From: Phycisphaerae bacterium
GTDB lineage: Bacteria; Planctomycetota; Phycisphaerae; UBA1845
Direction: 5' to 3'
Length of the DNA stretch: 64,000 nucleotides
Assembly (NCBI GenBank): GCA_020056715.1
Contig: JAGVHG010000140.1
Location: 5,039-69,038 of the forward strand
This document shows positions 62,167 through 64,000 of the stretch, piece after piece. The notes beneath the pieces were generated by a model that ran no database searches, was not told where the DNA came from, and saw only the letters and a program-made list of their open reading frames with translations. Both the position numbers and the translations under genes were made by a program. How positions within the stretch are numbered: the stretch's first letter is position 1; every line of letters starts with the position of its first letter.

Positions 62167-62194
62167 TTGACATGCGTTGGCCGATTCCTACAAT
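62167..62194 (+). promoter_or_regulatory. Near-consensus sigma70 promoter upstream of the surface protein gene
   Basis: TTGACA-16 nt-TACAAT. Confidence 0.6.
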
Positions 62195-62548
62195 GCCCGC
62201 CGTAGCTGTTGCAGTTTGCGTCCATCGTGGCTATAAGGACGCGCGTGAGGCAACGCAAATGGAGGCCGTCGTTCCGAAGCTGGCGCGTATCGGGGCGAAT
62301 AGGGCCGCCAAGTCGGATGGTGTTGTTGAAGGATCCGGAAGCGGCTTGGGCGCGGGACGCTTCGTAACGGTGATGTAGGCAGTACCGGTTTTTGTTTCCG
62401 AGGGTTTGGCGATTTCTACCGCACGCATTCTGTATCGCTGGTGTGCGGGGTCGTCTGATCGTCGGTGTTTTGTGAAATGTTAAGTTTGGAAACCAATCGC
62501 GTGTAACACGGTTCACGCCACAGTCCTTTTATTGGGAGGTCAATGGTA

Positions 62549-64000
62549 ATGCTAGGTTCAAACGTATTCGGTGTAACGACATTCCGCACGCGGACGCGTG
62601 CTATGTCCCGCGTGGCCACGCTCTGTGGCATGTTCGGAATGCTAATGTTCAGCATGGGGGCGCAATGCATCACTAAACCCGTCGCGTGCACGACGGACGC
62701 GGACTGCGTGCAGACGGATGCGTGCCGGACAGGCACCTGCGGCACGGGCGGAACCTGCGATGTGGCGGACGTCTCATGCCCGGAGGGGCAGGATTGCGAC
62801 GGTGGGACTTGCAAGACTCCATGCACCGCAGATACGGTTTGCAATGACGCCGACGGCTGCACGGTTGATGTGTGCGGCACCGATGGCTTCTGCGGCACGT
62901 CAGGCGCTACGGATTGTGACGACGCCGACGCCTGCACGACCGACGGCTGTGTTGCGGCCACGGGCTGCACGCACACGGACGTCGATTGCGACGACAATGT
63001 CGCCTGCACCGATGACGCCTGCGCCGACGGAACGTGCAGCCACAGCGACAACTGCGCTGCGGGCGAACAGTGCAATGCGACCACCGGCGCGTGCGATGCG
63101 CTTTGCGCGGTGGACGCCGATTGCGACGACGCCACATTCTGCAACGGTGCCGAGACCTGCAGCGCGGACGGCATCTGCGTAGCGGGCACCGATCCCTGCA
63201 CGGACAACGGGGTGTTCTGCGATGGTACCGAGAGCTGCGATGTAGCGACTGATGCGTGCGTTTCTTCGGGCGACCCATGCGCCGTTGGAACGACTTGCGA
63301 CGAAGCCACCGCTGCCTGCCTGACGGAAGTGGCCTGCACGCTTGACGCGGACTGCGACGACGGGCTGTTCTGCAACGGTGCCGAGACGTGCGTCATTCCG
63401 GTCGACGCGACGGAGGGCGTCTGCGCCGACGGTACCCGTCCGTGCGACGACACCGACGCGGACGCCAACGTCATCACCTGCGATGCGGGCGCGGCTCAGT
63501 CCTGCGACGAGGGCGACATTGCGGCGGTCTGCACGAACTGCCCGGGCGAAACCCGCAACTTCACGCTGGAAGTTGACACGCTGACCGGTAGCACGAGCGA
63601 TGATACCTTCTTGGCGCCGACCGCCCTCACGGGGTTGGGTGCCCAGACCGCTACACTCCAGAACGGTGACTCGGCCAATGGGTTGGCAGGAGCTGACGTG
63701 TTGACGGCTTATCTCGTCAACGGCGGTGCAGCTCTGACCATCGCCCCCACCCTTGCGGGTATCGAGACGTTCAACTTCACGGATTACTCCACGACCTTCA
63801 CGACGACCATTATCGCTGATGCCATCACTGGAGCGGCGACCATCAACCTGACTGGCGGGTTGAATGACACTGCCGACGGCTTCAGCATCAATAACCTACC
63901 GTCGGTTGTGAATGTTGGTATGACGAACACGTCGGAGGACTTCGAGTTGGTGTATACTTCCGCGGCCGCTTCCGGGGCCAGCAATTCGATGATCCTGACG
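62549..64000 (+). CDS. Large surface lipoprotein: Cys-rich repeats followed by an RsaA-like S-layer domain (3' truncated by window edge)
   Basis: Absent from the ORF track because it has no stop in the window. GGGAGG RBS; ...MFSMGAQC lipobox-like; CDD..ACT.D.C and [12 protein letters not shown] repeats; then [19 protein letters not shown]...[17 protein letters not shown]...[12 protein letters not shown]. Confidence 0.85.
   Translation, partial: MLGSNVFGVTTFRTRTRAMSRVATLCGMFGMLMFSMGAQCITKPVACTTDADCVQTDACRTGTCGTGGTCDVADVSCPEGQDCDGGTCKTPCTADTVCNDADGCTVDVCGTDGFCGTSGATDCDDADACTTDGCVAATGCTHTDVDCDDNVACTDDACADGTCSHSDNCAAGEQCNATTGACDALCAVDADCDDATFCNGAETCSADGICVAGTDPCTDNGVFCDGTESCDVATDACVSSGDPCAVGTTCDEATAACLTEVACTLDADCDDGLFCNGAETCVIPVDATEGVCADGTRPCDDTDADANVITCDAGAAQSCDEGDIAAVCTNCPGETRNFTLEVDTLTGSTSDDTFLAPTALTGLGAQTATLQNGDSANGLAGADVLTAYLVNGGAALTIAPTLAGIETFNFTDYSTTFTTTIIADAITGAATINLTGGLNDTADGFSINNLPSVVNVGMTNTSEDFELVYTSAAASGASNSMILT

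Noticed and set aside
62416-63477. 353-aa Ser/Gln/Val-rich minus-strand ORF
   Set aside because: Antisense shadow of the Cys/Asp-rich plus-strand gene, which has an RBS, a signal peptide and a promoter.

Overview
GC-rich bacterial chromosome segment, most likely from a Planctomycetota (Phycisphaerae-like) genome. That placement is an inference from gene families: separate coaC/coaB, an Hc1-like protein, an HTH-acidic linker-TM protein, a DUF6677-like protein and Cys-rich lipoproteins. The backbone is housekeeping: nadC, moeB/thiF, eno, fbaB, resB/ccsA, maf, lptF/G, ABC transporters, acpS, wecA-like, fabZ, holA, pyrK, aroF, macAB and tpiA-secG-yicC-gmk-rpoZ-coaC/coaB. Small accessory units sit between these genes. 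They include intact or decayed toxin-antitoxin modules, a REP-associated Y1 transposase (RAYT) with an unusual double-hairpin CTRG-type REP family, an internally deleted IS remnant, several other palindromic and heptamer repeats, and gene relics. Three large Cys-rich surface proteins stand out: a Kazal-domain protein, a 14-repeat RCC1-like propeller with hypervariable loops, and a lipoprotein at the right edge (missing from the ORF track) that fuses a Cys-rich stalk to an RsaA-like S-layer domain. A candidate ~130-nt structured RNA with its own promoter and terminator lies upstream of pyrK. No rRNA, tRNA or CRISPR array was seen.
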